From an uncultured Lachnospiraceae bacterium (GTDB lineage Bacteria > Bacillota > Clostridia > Christensenellales > UBA1242): DNA of 64,000 bases. Shown piece after piece: positions 46,664-56,329 of this stretch. A program made the position numbers and the translations under genes. Each line of letters starts with the position of its first letter. The stretch's first letter is position 1. The notes under the pieces were generated by a model. The model had not been told where the DNA came from. It was given only the letters and a program-made list of their open reading frames with translations, and ran no database searches. The DNA is taken from NCBI GenBank assembly GCA_964368755.1, contig CAYJCR010000001.1, positions 70,074-134,073 of the forward strand, in the 5' to 3' direction.

Positions 46664-46674
46664 TTTTATTATAT

Positions 46675-46749
46675 TGGGGTGTAGCCAAGTGGTAAGGCAC
46701 GAGACTTTGACTCTCGCATGCGTAGGTTCAAATCCTGCCACCCCAGCCA
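46675..46749 (+). tRNA. tRNA-Gln (anticodon TTG)
   Basis: 75 nt with acceptor TGGGGTG/CACCCCA, anticodon loop CTTTGAC and encoded CCA. Confidence 0.92.
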
Positions 46750-47000
46750 TAATTATATTGAGAAGCCATGGCAATTGTTCTGACTTCTTTTTTTATTTAA
46801 GTATTTGTAGCTTTGCGTCATCTGATAAACAGTATATGTGTGCGTCTCCACAATGCAAAATTCACTTTGCGCAGGCAACTGTTAAGATAATCAGAAGCTA
46901 GTTGTGTTTGCTATCTAATGTAAGTGTACACAATGTCAATATTGACAAAAGATGTTGTGAGGTGTATACTTATTTCAATTAAAGGTATAAGGTAAAAGGT

Positions 47001-47468
47001 ATGGCAGAGAAATATATTAGTGTCTATGATGGAGAAGGGAATATTACAGACGAAGCGGGAGAGGCTTTGCATAATATTTTTGACAAAAATACTCCAGATC
47101 AACAGAAAAGTCCTGTTTTTACAATAACTCAATGGAACAGATTGTGTTATTTGTCTACGCCATCATATACAGCGAGTAGTTTCATACGCGATATCAGAAT
47201 AAACCCAGACATTACTATGGAAGAATTGCTCAAATATGTGACAAAGGATGAAAGTGATGCAATTTACATTATAGAAGTAATTGGAATGAGCAATGGTCTT
47301 AGAGACTCTGATTGTGGTATACTAAAGAAATCTGAAAAAACAGGTGCTTACGAGATTATGGAGATTGATATGTGTGAGAGACAAAAAAGATCAGATGACA
47401 TGCTCAAAAAACTTTGTAGTCATTCACCAGAAACTTTAACGTGCTTTAGCGATGAAGAATGTTTTTAA
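47001..47468 (+). CDS. hypothetical protein
   Basis: 155-aa ORF between tRNA clusters with a weak RBS. No family recognised. Confidence 0.45.
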   Translation: MAEKYISVYDGEGNITDEAGEALHNIFDKNTPDQQKSPVFTITQWNRLCYLSTPSYTASSFIRDIRINPDITMEELLKYVTKDESDAIYIIEVIGMSNGLRDSDCGILKKSEKTGAYEIMEIDMCERQKRSDDMLKKLCSHSPETLTCFSDEECF

Positions 47469-47549
47469 TACAAGCAGAGAATTAGAATTATTAGTTGACA
47501 AGAGACAAAAATATGTATATACTTTGGGAGTATCAAAACTTTTTGATAT

Positions 47550-47665
<116 letters not shown>

Positions 47666-47673
47666 ATTAATAA

Positions 47674-47778
47674 GCGGATCTCGAACGGTGCGTAAAGAAA
47701 AGCTACCCCAATGGGTAGGTTTTTAGCACCCGGCGTGATAGCGAGCCACAACTTCTGGCACCAGCCCCGAAGCGGAGC
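47674..47778. repeat. ~100-nt tRNA-associated element, copy A
   Basis: Shares the blocks GCGTAAAGAAAA-hairpin-TTTTTAGC...GCGTGATA...hairpin...TCTGGCACC with copies at 55974 (same orientation) and 56330 (inverted). Confidence 0.8.
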
Positions 47779-47836
47779 GAGTCCCATCTTTCACCCCAAG
47801 AACGAAGACTTATGTTATATAAGTCTTTTTTTGTTT
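47778..47836 (+). repeat. direct repeat copy 2 (orphan 3' end of tRNA-His plus terminator)
   Basis: 58 of 59 positions identical to 47607..47665. It lacks the 5' three-quarters of the tRNA. Confidence 0.95.
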
Positions 47837-48005
47837 GAGCAAAATAATGTATATATATACTTATATTTATCAAAATAATAACATATATGTTGGTTTTTGT
47901 TTGTCAATTCTTTTTTGAATTGATATAATACATCTAGATTAATTTTGTAGCTAGCATTGGACATATGATTATATACAATTGAAGATTGATATTAGGAGCA
48001 ATACT

Positions 48006-51000
48006 ATGGGAAAAAGATGGAAAATAATTTTATCAGTACTTTCTTGCATTATTATACTAGCAGGAGCCGGAGTAGGACTATACTTTGGTTTGAGTGACAA
48101 AGGTAATGGTGGAGGAAGTAGTAGCCCACAAAGTAGCAGTGGTACTTCTCAAGATCCGGTAGCAACCTACTATACAGTTACTTATGCTAATACAGCTATA
48201 CCAAATGCAAGGGTAGAGGCTGGATCTTTGTTATTGGAGCCAACTTCTGGAACAGCAAAGGATAAGTATGTATTCTTGGGCTGGTATAAAGATGCCGACT
48301 TCTCAACTCAATGGGATTTCGTCAATGACAAGGTCAATGCCAATACTACTTTGTATGCAAAGTATGAGAGAGCAATATACGGTATGAGAATCAATACTGA
48401 TAATGTTGAGACTGAGTTCGACAAAGGTGAGATGACAGATTATAATGGACTTGTTGTCGAGATAATGAAGAGTGATCTCAAATATTACACTTTGCCAGTT
48501 GGTGACTATACAATTACAAGCAATCGTACAGATGTCAATGTTGCAGGTTGGTACACTATTACAGTACAATACAGAACTTTCCATAGCGATTATGAAATTG
48601 AAGTTTTGCCAACAACCGAGAAAGGTTTGTTCTGCTATGTCAATGACTCATTGGTATACAGAAGTTATGTTGATAATGGTGCTGGGCTACCAGAAGAACT
48701 AGAAGAGCCAACATATCCACAAGCTGGATATGAATTTGCCGGTTGGTACACAGATAAAGGTTGTACCACAGCTTTTAGTGCAAGTACTATTACAGCCGAT
48801 ACAGTTTTGTATTCAAAATGGACAAAGAAGTTCCTTATTACTTTCAACAATGTTGATGTTCCTGGACAATATGCCCTTGCTGGAGAAAAATATTCATTGC
48901 CAAATAGTGCATTGATAGCAAAGACAGGTTATGATCTTGTTGGATTCTTTACAAATGAAGACTACACTTTCTATAGTGTTGACGGCGACGGTGTTGTAAC
49001 TGGAGAAGTTCAAGAAGATAGTATTAGTGTTGAAGGATTGGCAAAGGAAATACATAACACAAATAATGAATATTATGTACTATACTCTAGAGTTGGCACA
49101 AATGGATCAAATTTGGTAAAAACTCCTGTATATAAGAAGGTTTATACTGGGAGCTATATCAAAAATGAGCAATCTATTACAGCAACAGAAGCTCACGATT
49201 TGTATGCAATATTTGAGCCAAAGACTTTCCGTGTTACTTATGCATGGAACAACAATTCTCTTGATGATTACAAATATGTAACATATAACCAAGCTTATGG
49301 TGAATTACCACCTCTTGAAGATGGAACATATATATCAGAAGGTTGGATGTTGAACGATACAAGAATAACAAAAGATAGTATTGTTAAAATAACTAGTGAT
49401 GTACAACTTATTGCTCAAGTAGTTGAGAAAGAAGAAGTTGATAGAAATCTATACGTAAGATTACCATATCTAAAAGTTAATTTGGCTGATGTTAATTATC
49501 ACGTATATCGCAAATCTTACTACAGAGCTCCAGAAGGCGAGGGTGATGCAACATATGTAGAAGAAGCCTTTGTATTCAATAATAATAGTTTTGCAAAATA
49601 CTTATTGCTTAATAGCACAACAGTATTAGACGGTAATACCTTTGTGTTTGATAGCAAAACATTTACTTACGATTCAACTGCAAGAACACTTACTCAAGAA
49701 GAAGCTTTGGTAGGAACTGGATATGGAATGTTCTCTTACCAATCAGGCGATAACAAATATGCAATAGACGTATCCGGTACGAATGTTAAGATATTTGCTA
49801 GTTTTGATGCTTCTGCAAACGTTGTTGCTGATAGGTATATGTATGAAGTTTCTAGTAAGACAATATACACGAATTATAAGTATGAAGTATACAACGGATA
49901 TACATATGATTATTTCTTAGATGAGTTCCTAGATGATTTGTTTGCAAGATATAGTGATGCAGCTTGCACTAGAATATATGCAGGTAGCAAACTGTTCGCA
50001 AAAAATATGAGCGAAGATTACTATGAAGAATGGCTAGAATTGGTACGTAATAAAACTATAGTTGGATATATATTTGAAGTACCTGAGGGCTCAGATGTCA
50101 GAGGATTCTATGACGAAAAAGATGCTCAGATCAAATATGGTGCTATTATCAATCGTCCAGACAATTTTGGTATAGGCGAAGATATAACCTTATCAATTAA
50201 GACATGTATTCCTGTCAAAATCAATTTGTCTGTCAATGGTGGAACATTAACTCCAGCAATAACATACGTTGACGGAATAGTTGGAGATTTATTCCCAACT
50301 CTTCCTACTCCTTCCAAAGTTGGTTATGCATTCGGTGGTTGGTATTATGACACAAGCTACAGAGTACCTATCCAAGAAGGGACGTTGGTTCAAGGTAATA
50401 ACACTCGAGTATATGCTAGATGGGACAAACTCGCTGAGATAACAGTAAGAGTATATCCTGATACTGCAGCTACAACGTCAATCGCAACTTATAAGTTCCA
50501 AGCAGGTTCTACATATGGCGCTAACTTCCCAAGTGCTTTGGTACGTGAAGGATATGTATTTAAGGGTTGGTATTCTGATGTTAATCTTACAACTGAGGTC
50601 ACTGCAGACGATGTTGTTAAGACAAATGTCTTATATCCAAAATTCGAATCCATATATGTAGAGGTTACACTTAACTATGTTGATACTCCTATTGGTAACG
50701 GGCATATTACAGTTAAGTATGGAGATATGTATGGAGCACTTCCAACCATGATTAGCAAAGAATTTGCAGATGGTGGTTGGTATGCCGATGTGGGTTATGA
50801 GACCAAAGTTACATCAGCTACAAGAGTACAAAATACTGAGGCACACATCTTGTATTTCAGAAAACTTCCTTATCATCAAGTAGTCTTTACAACTTCAGCA
50901 ACTGATGTGGTTGGCGAGGGATATAAATATAAGAAAGCCCTTCTCGATACAATTCTTATACCAAAGAGTCCATATACTAGAGATGGTTATGTGTTCGCAG

Positions 51001-54000
51001 GTTGGTTCATTGATGCAAATGATAATGGAATAATGGACGGAAGTGAAGAGATAATTGAACCTAGAGTAAAGTTTACTTTGGTAGAGGATGCTGATATTAG
51101 TTTCCATGCTTATTGGGTCAAAGAAGCTACTTTGGTATTTAGGAAAGGTGCAGAGTCGGCAACTGGTGCTAATCCATTGAATCTTATCATAAAACAAGGT
51201 GAATCAATAACTCTTCCACAAATACCTTATGATATGACAAGCTCTTCGGCAAACAATTGGATAACTGTATGCCCAGACGGAACAGTAATGGCATTTACTT
51301 CAAGTGGAGCAGCTTCATCAAGTGGTTTGTCAATTAACGATATTATGTTTAAGATTTGGTGTTATGACGATCAAGATGATTGGACACTTGTTTCTATGAA
51401 CATGTTGGGCGAATTTGAGTATAACGGAAAGAAATTTACATACACTGATGGAACGATAACCTGTGGTGGTGTATGGGAACTTGAAGATGGTAAGATTGAT
51501 ATCGAATCAGACGATATGCTTGATGCTATATATGAATACTTCACTGGTGGTGTATGGGAACTTGAAGATGGTAAGATTGATATCGAATCAGACGATATGC
51601 TTGATGCTATATATGAATACTTCACTGGTGGTGTTGGAGAACAGATCCCAATTGATTTTGAATTGTTGATAAACAATGCTCACAATCAGTATCTTCCATA
51701 TCTTGTACTCTATGAAGGAAATATTGTTGAAAGTAGAACAACTATATGTGAAAATGAGTTCTTAATATCTGCAACAGGCATAACTAATGAAACTCTAGAT
51801 ACTAACGCAACATTAGTCTCTGGATACAGCAATATTTATAGTATTGAGATGTTTGAGACCACAGTGTTCTTGCGTCACGATACTGAAGAAAACAAATTAT
51901 ATCTTGGAGTATCGGTATTATCAACTTTTACAGATGATATTATTGGTGGCAAAGGAGAACAGATCCCAACAATCAAATACACATTTGAGGAAGGATTTGT
52001 TATTGACAACTTGACTCAGCTTGGTATTGATACTAGAGATGAAGGAGTTGACGGTGCATATTATTATTCTAACGAATCAGAATGGGTAGATTTTGTTGTG
52101 TTAGATAAATTAACTTTGACTCCAAATTGGGAATATACAATAAATATCAATAATTATGCTCCAGACGGTACTTTGGCTAGCGTAACAGCACAGCAGTCAG
52201 GAACAAAGGGTAGCGTTGTTGATTTGAACAACTACAAGGGTAGCTACAACTATTGGGAAATCAAAGAAGTTTTCTTCAAAGACGAGTTTAATAACATAAC
52301 ACCAATTACTGTTAATGAAGATGGAATTATTAGCTCTTATTCAATTACGACTGCGGGAACGATCAATATTGTATATGAAAAGGTAGTTGTTTTGTCTTTC
52401 AACGAAGGGACCTTTGGTACAATAGAGAATATGGTGATCAGCGAGAGCAAAGTTTCTGAAGCTAGCAATGATCATCAAGGACTATTCAATAATGCGGGTG
52501 CTTACTTTGATTTTGACAACAATACATATGACTTCACAAACAATGGTCAGACAGTTAATTTTACCAGTTATGATGAAGCTTACAGCACTTTAGTAAACTT
52601 ATTTAATTATGTTCCTGATAACTCTAGCGAGTCATATGGCAATGGAGATTTATTATCGTACTCTTCTAATATATTTACTGTCACAAGAGCTTTGAACCAA
52701 TATACATATAGTGTCTATACCGTCTTTGACAGTGGTGAGCAACAGATATTCGGAGATTCAAACAGACAAGCATATGAGACTGAATATATCAATCTCCAAT
52801 TGCTTATAGATAATATATTAGAAAGCAACAATCAATATAAATACAACAATGCAAAATGCAGTGTTGATGGTAATGAAAGCGACATAGATGATATCAGTAA
52901 TTTTGTTGTAACAACATCTGACACGCAGGTGGTTTTGTATTTTGTAACAAAAAGTCAATATTCTTATTCAATATATGGATTTAATTGTGACACACAAGAC
53001 CGTGATGCAACTACAATTGCTACAGGAAGTGTCTATGAGAATCAATATGTTGACATGTTTGATACTTTGAAGCAATGGTTGGATCTTACTGAAAACCTAG
53101 ACAAAGCATATGACTATACAAGATCTATTAGCGAACTAGAAGTTCAAATTACAAGCGATGGTCAAGTAATAGAGTTGCCTTACAAAGCAGCACAAAGTTG
53201 TTCAATCACAGTTTATTATTACATTGATAATGGAGGGTCCCAAACATATACAAACTTCGATCAGTTGTATGATGGAAGGATAATAGATTTACAAACTACG
53301 TTTATTTCTCCTATTATTAGTAGCAGTTCTGATATTGAATTTGATGCTAATACAACTATGTTAGAAACATCACATATTGTACAAGCAAACGAAACTATTA
53401 ACTTATACTTCAAATCAATCGTAGTGCCTACTGTATCTTATGCTATAAACTACAGTTATTCTGATGGAACTAAGACTGGCACAATTGATAGTGGCAGTAT
53501 TAATTCTGGATCGGCTATAAATATTAGAGAGATTATAGGCTCTTTCTTGGATAATCATAACAGTTTGGATTATAGCTATAACAGCATGTATATCGACGAA
53601 GGTGATATGGAGACATATTCTCTATATGAGAGCAATGGTGATTTTGAGTTAACGGTGTACTTTGTTCCAGCAACGATGTACGGTTATACGGTTTATTATG
53701 TTATTGACGAAAGTGGTTCACAGTATTATACTTCAGATACCATTGCAACATCTCGCTATCTTGACTTGCAATCAATGGTAGATAGTATTTGTTCTAATTA
53801 CAGTTGCACTTTTGATAGTACAGCTACAGGAATATCAAATTTGTCAGAATATAGCGTACAAAATGATGGAGAGAGTATAACGTTGCATTTTAGTACTCAA
53901 CAGGGAACAAGTAGTTATGCTTACACAATCTTTGTTAAACACTATAATGCTGGCCCTAGCGAAACTGGTGATCAGTTAGCAAGTGGTACAGATAGTAGTA

Positions 54001-54935
54001 TTAATCTCACAAGTTATATTAATATTTGTCAATCGGATGTACTAGAAGTAGTTGGTATTAAAGTTGATGGTAATCCTGTTAATAGTAATACAGTATCTAT
54101 TACAAGAGAGAATACTATTATTACCATAGAATGCTGTTATAAGGTTATTCTTCAATTTGACTCTACAGTATATGGAGAAATAATTAACAAGACTTTTGTT
54201 GAAAATGATATGCCAAGTGAAGACGACTTTGTTAAAGATTATAATATAACACTCAATATCAACAACTGGAGTTCATATGATGCTTCATATGGAGCGTATG
54301 GAGAGATAGATTACTCATACAATGGAGCATATTATTCTGTTGCTTCTAATATTGAAAATTATGCTATGTTGAGACAATGCATTATGAGTATATTTAACAA
54401 CTGGCAAGAAGACTTTATGAATAGTAACACCTTCACTCTTACAAGAATTTTTTCAAAGTTGACAATAAAATCTATTGCTCCCGACGGAACGGAATTTGAA
54501 TCAATAACAGACATCGCAGATGGTGATGATATTAGCAACCAAGGTCTTGATATCTACTATACAATTACTCCAAGCAAATACACAGCAGTAGCAGATAATC
54601 GTATGTATTGGGCTGTTAAAACTGTTTCGTATCAATATGGTGATAATCCATCAACGACATTGCCATGGGGGAATATTGATTCATGCTATAATACATACAA
54701 AGGTGGTATTGTTACTATTACATACGAAAGAGCTCTTAATGTTGCTTTTGATGGATTTGACGAGATAGGACTTACCCCATCCCAGACGACTATTTCTGAA
54801 TCAACATTGACAACTTTGAGTACACAAGTAAGTGATTCTTCATATGTTGCCGGTACTATATGGAATGAATTGGAGATCTGGAGCAGTATTGATTTTGACA
54901 AGTACTGTTTATCCATAAAATATTGTAACCCATAA
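48006..54935 (+). CDS. giant N-terminally anchored surface protein with Listeria-Bacteroides (Flg_new/InlB B-repeat type) repeats
   Basis: 2,309 codons from the ATG at 48006 (TAGGAG RBS). A signal-anchor (KIILSVLSCIIILAGAGVGLYFGL) and Ser-rich linker come first. At least 8 repeats follow with the pattern [YF]xFxGW[YF]xD...LYAKW. The C-terminal half is N/S/T/Y-rich and modular, with no LPXTG motif seen. Confidence 0.85.
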   Translation: MGKRWKIILSVLSCIIILAGAGVGLYFGLSDKGNGGGSSSPQSSSGTSQDPVATYYTVTYANTAIPNARVEAGSLLLEPTSGTAKDKYVFLGWYKDADFSTQWDFVNDKVNANTTLYAKYERAIYGMRINTDNVETEFDKGEMTDYNGLVVEIMKSDLKYYTLPVGDYTITSNRTDVNVAGWYTITVQYRTFHSDYEIEVLPTTEKGLFCYVNDSLVYRSYVDNGAGLPEELEEPTYPQAGYEFAGWYTDKGCTTAFSASTITADTVLYSKWTKKFLITFNNVDVPGQYALAGEKYSLPNSALIAKTGYDLVGFFTNEDYTFYSVDGDGVVTGEVQEDSISVEGLAKEIHNTNNEYYVLYSRVGTNGSNLVKTPVYKKVYTGSYIKNEQSITATEAHDLYAIFEPKTFRVTYAWNNNSLDDYKYVTYNQAYGELPPLEDGTYISEGWMLNDTRITKDSIVKITSDVQLIAQVVEKEEVDRNLYVRLPYLKVNLADVNYHVYRKSYYRAPEGEGDATYVEEAFVFNNNSFAKYLLLNSTTVLDGNTFVFDSKTFTYDSTARTLTQEEALVGTGYGMFSYQSGDNKYAIDVSGTNVKIFASFDASANVVADRYMYEVSSKTIYTNYKYEVYNGYTYDYFLDEFLDDLFARYSDAACTRIYAGSKLFAKNMSEDYYEEWLELVRNKTIVGYIFEVPEGSDVRGFYDEKDAQIKYGAIINRPDNFGIGEDITLSIKTCIPVKINLSVNGGTLTPAITYVDGIVGDLFPTLPTPSKVGYAFGGWYYDTSYRVPIQEGTLVQGNNTRVYARWDKLAEITVRVYPDTAATTSIATYKFQAGSTYGANFPSALVREGYVFKGWYSDVNLTTEVTADDVVKTNVLYPKFESIYVEVTLNYVDTPIGNGHITVKYGDMYGALPTMISKEFADGGWYADVGYETKVTSATRVQNTEAHILYFRKLPYHQVVFTTSATDVVGEGYKYKKALLDTILIPKSPYTRDGYVFAGWFIDANDNGIMDGSEEIIEPRVKFTLVEDADISFHAYWVKEATLVFRKGAESATGANPLNLIIKQGESITLPQIPYDMTSSSANNWITVCPDGTVMAFTSSGAASSSGLSINDIMFKIWCYDDQDDWTLVSMNMLGEFEYNGKKFTYTDGTITCGGVWELEDGKIDIESDDMLDAIYEYFTGGVWELEDGKIDIESDDMLDAIYEYFTGGVGEQIPIDFELLINNAHNQYLPYLVLYEGNIVESRTTICENEFLISATGITNETLDTNATLVSGYSNIYSIEMFETTVFLRHDTEENKLYLGVSVLSTFTDDIIGGKGEQIPTIKYTFEEGFVIDNLTQLGIDTRDEGVDGAYYYSNESEWVDFVVLDKLTLTPNWEYTININNYAPDGTLASVTAQQSGTKGSVVDLNNYKGSYNYWEIKEVFFKDEFNNITPITVNEDGIISSYSITTAGTINIVYEKVVVLSFNEGTFGTIENMVISESKVSEASNDHQGLFNNAGAYFDFDNNTYDFTNNGQTVNFTSYDEAYSTLVNLFNYVPDNSSESYGNGDLLSYSSNIFTVTRALNQYTYSVYTVFDSGEQQIFGDSNRQAYETEYINLQLLIDNILESNNQYKYNNAKCSVDGNESDIDDISNFVVTTSDTQVVLYFVTKSQYSYSIYGFNCDTQDRDATTIATGSVYENQYVDMFDTLKQWLDLTENLDKAYDYTRSISELEVQITSDGQVIELPYKAAQSCSITVYYYIDNGGSQTYTNFDQLYDGRIIDLQTTFISPIISSSSDIEFDANTTMLETSHIVQANETINLYFKSIVVPTVSYAINYSYSDGTKTGTIDSGSINSGSAINIREIIGSFLDNHNSLDYSYNSMYIDEGDMETYSLYESNGDFELTVYFVPATMYGYTVYYVIDESGSQYYTSDTIATSRYLDLQSMVDSICSNYSCTFDSTATGISNLSEYSVQNDGESITLHFSTQQGTSSYAYTIFVKHYNAGPSETGDQLASGTDSSINLTSYINICQSDVLEVVGIKVDGNPVNSNTVSITRENTIITIECCYKVILQFDSTVYGEIINKTFVENDMPSEDDFVKDYNITLNINNWSSYDASYGAYGEIDYSYNGAYYSVASNIENYAMLRQCIMSIFNNWQEDFMNSNTFTLTRIFSKLTIKSIAPDGTEFESITDIADGDDISNQGLDIYYTITPSKYTAVADNRMYWAVKTVSYQYGDNPSTTLPWGNIDSCYNTYKGGIVTITYERALNVAFDGFDEIGLTPSQTTISESTLTTLSTQVSDSSYVAGTIWNELEIWSSIDFDKYCLSIKYCNP
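51465..51626 (+). repeat. perfect 81-bp tandem duplication inside the giant gene
   Basis: 51465-51545 is identical to 51546-51626, encoding GGVWELEDGKIDIESDDMLDAIYEYFT twice in-frame. Confidence 0.97.
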
Positions 54936-55127
54936 ATGCAGATGATAGATTACGGTTCAAACATTTATAGTGAGACAGACTTAATAAACTCATTGAGAGA
55001 AGCGGATGGAAAGAATGGTGCTATCTATGATATGGTTCTTAGTTCTTATAATTTGACCTATGGATTAGGAGATTATGAGCAATATAGTAACAACACAATT
55101 TATATTTATTTGCAAAACAATAAGTAG
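54936..55127 (+). CDS. 63-codon ORF in frame with, and abutting, the giant gene stop (possible severed or read-through C-terminus)
   Basis: The ATG at 54936 directly follows the TAA at 54933-35 in the same frame, with no separate RBS. Composition (N/Y/S/L-rich) resembles the giant protein. The terminator follows only after this ORF. Confidence 0.4.
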   Translation: MQMIDYGSNIYSETDLINSLREADGKNGAIYDMVLSSYNLTYGLGDYEQYSNNTIYIYLQNNK

Positions 55128-55131
55128 TAAT

Positions 55132-55166
55132 AAAAAAACTACCTTATACCAAGGTAGTTTTTTTTG
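55132..55166. terminator. bidirectional rho-independent terminator
   Basis: CTACCTT-atacc-AAGGTAG stem flanked by A7 and T8, between convergent genes. Confidence 0.8.
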
Positions 55167-55170
55167 TTAA

Positions 55171-55731
55171 TTAACTATGATTGTGAGCATAGATACGGAT
55201 ATCAATCTCTCCGTATTTTCGCTTATCAATCTCTGAGAACGGGTTAGATGAAGAATACTTTTCTGGCTTATTCAGCTCAGACAAACTTTCCCATATTATG
55301 ATACCATCAGGGGCCAGAAGATTGTATTCGTATATCTTCGATATAGCTGATTCTGCAAATATGCTGTTATATGGTGGGTCAAGGTATATGATATCGAATT
55401 GTTTGCCTTTTTTGTAGTATTGAAGCAAGGCTGTATTATAATCTTGCATAGATACATAAGCTTTAATGTTGAGTGAACGCAAGTTGTCGCTAATAAGTTT
55501 GCAACTATCTTTGTTGCTATCAACAAAGCAGACTTCTTTGGCTCCTCGACTCAAACATTCTATGCCGATAGCACCTGTACCTGCGAACAAGTCTAAGACA
55601 ATGCTATCTGGGATATAACCACTTATTACATTGAATATATTCTCTTTGACTCTGTCCGTTGTTGGCCTAACACCTTCATGTTTTGGCGATAATATCTTGC
55701 GACCTTTGTACAATCCAGTTATAACTCTCAT
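55171..55731 (-). CDS. rsmD: 16S rRNA (guanine966-N2)-methyltransferase RsmD
   Basis: MRVITGLYKGRKI, RPTTDRVKE, LDLFAGTGA and DPPY motifs. Confidence 0.9.
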   Translation of the reverse strand: MRVITGLYKGRKILSPKHEGVRPTTDRVKENIFNVISGYIPDSIVLDLFAGTGAIGIECLSRGAKEVCFVDSNKDSCKLISDNLRSLNIKAYVSMQDYNTALLQYYKKGKQFDIIYLDPPYNSIFAESAISKIYEYNLLAPDGIIIWESLSELNKPEKYSSSNPFSEIDKRKYGEIDIRIYAHNHS

Positions 55732-55878
55732 ATTGACTCCTATGCTATTATTATAGCACTAATACAACAGTAGATACAAATATTATTTTGGATAATACTT
55801 AACGGAAAATGGTTGATGATAGATATGATTCAACCCCTAAACACTATTTGTAATGTGTACTTGGGTAGAAAAGCAGTT

Positions 55879-55969
55879 ATTACTCGGGGTGAGAGCCCAT
55901 GATTAAATAAGATAATAAAAAAAGAGCAAGACTGTCTGTCTTGTTCTTTTTGATTGTTTGGTGGGTCAT
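55879..55969. repeat. 91-bp direct repeat copy 1 (terminator plus 3' acceptor end of tRNA-Lys, minus-strand sense)
   Basis: ATTACTCGGGGTGAGAGCCCATG...TTGTTTGGTGGGTCAT is roughly 85 percent identical by eye to 56141..56231. Confidence 0.9.
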
Positions 55970-55973
55970 TGGG

Positions 55974-56071
55974 CGCGACGCGTAAAGAAAACAACCCGGT
56001 GTGGTTGTTTTTAGCCAAAGCGTGGGAGCGACTTGTCGCGGTCTGGCACCGACAGGTGTCGAACCCCGGCC
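55974..56071. repeat. ~100-nt tRNA-associated element, copy B
   Basis: CGCGACGCGTAAAGAAAA-hairpin-TTTTTAGCCAAAGCGTGGGA-GCGACTTGTCGC-GGTCTGGCACC... It is flanked by antisense tRNA-Lys pieces: acceptor 3' end on the left, T-stem/T-loop on the right. Confidence 0.8.
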
Positions 56072-56140
56072 ACAGTATAAAAATATGCTAATGCAAACTT
56101 AAATCCTAGTTGTTGTGTGTGCTTGTGTGGAATGGTAATC

Positions 56141-56231
56141 ATTACTCGGGGTGAGAGCCCATGTTTAAATAAGATAATAAGAAAAGAACAAGACAGACAG
56201 TCTTGTTCTTTTTGATTGTTTGGTGGGTCAT
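56141..56231. repeat. 91-bp direct repeat copy 2
   Basis: See 55879..55969. This copy belongs to the intact tRNA-Lys(CTT). Confidence 0.9.
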
Positions 56232-56296
56232 CGGGGGCTCGAACCCCGGACACCCTGATTAAGAGTCAGGTGCTCTACCAACTGAGCTAATAACCC
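56221..56296 (-). tRNA. tRNA-Lys (anticodon CTT)
   Basis: 76 nt with acceptor GGGTTAT/ATGACCC, anticodon loop CTCTTAA, T-loop TTCGAGC and encoded CCA. A terminator follows downstream on the minus strand. Confidence 0.92.
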
Positions 56297-56329
56297 AAGT
56301 ACTAAATATTAAACGAACTAATCCGTTAC

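Noticed and set aside
55830-56253. Track ORFs 55830..56018 and 56011..56253, which are similar to each other (..PPNNQKEQD..CSF.IILF.HGLSPRV..).
   Set aside because: Their similarity merely reflects translation of the 91-bp DNA repeat (terminator plus tRNA-Lys 3' end). There is no RBS, and they run across a tRNA gene and a terminator hairpin.
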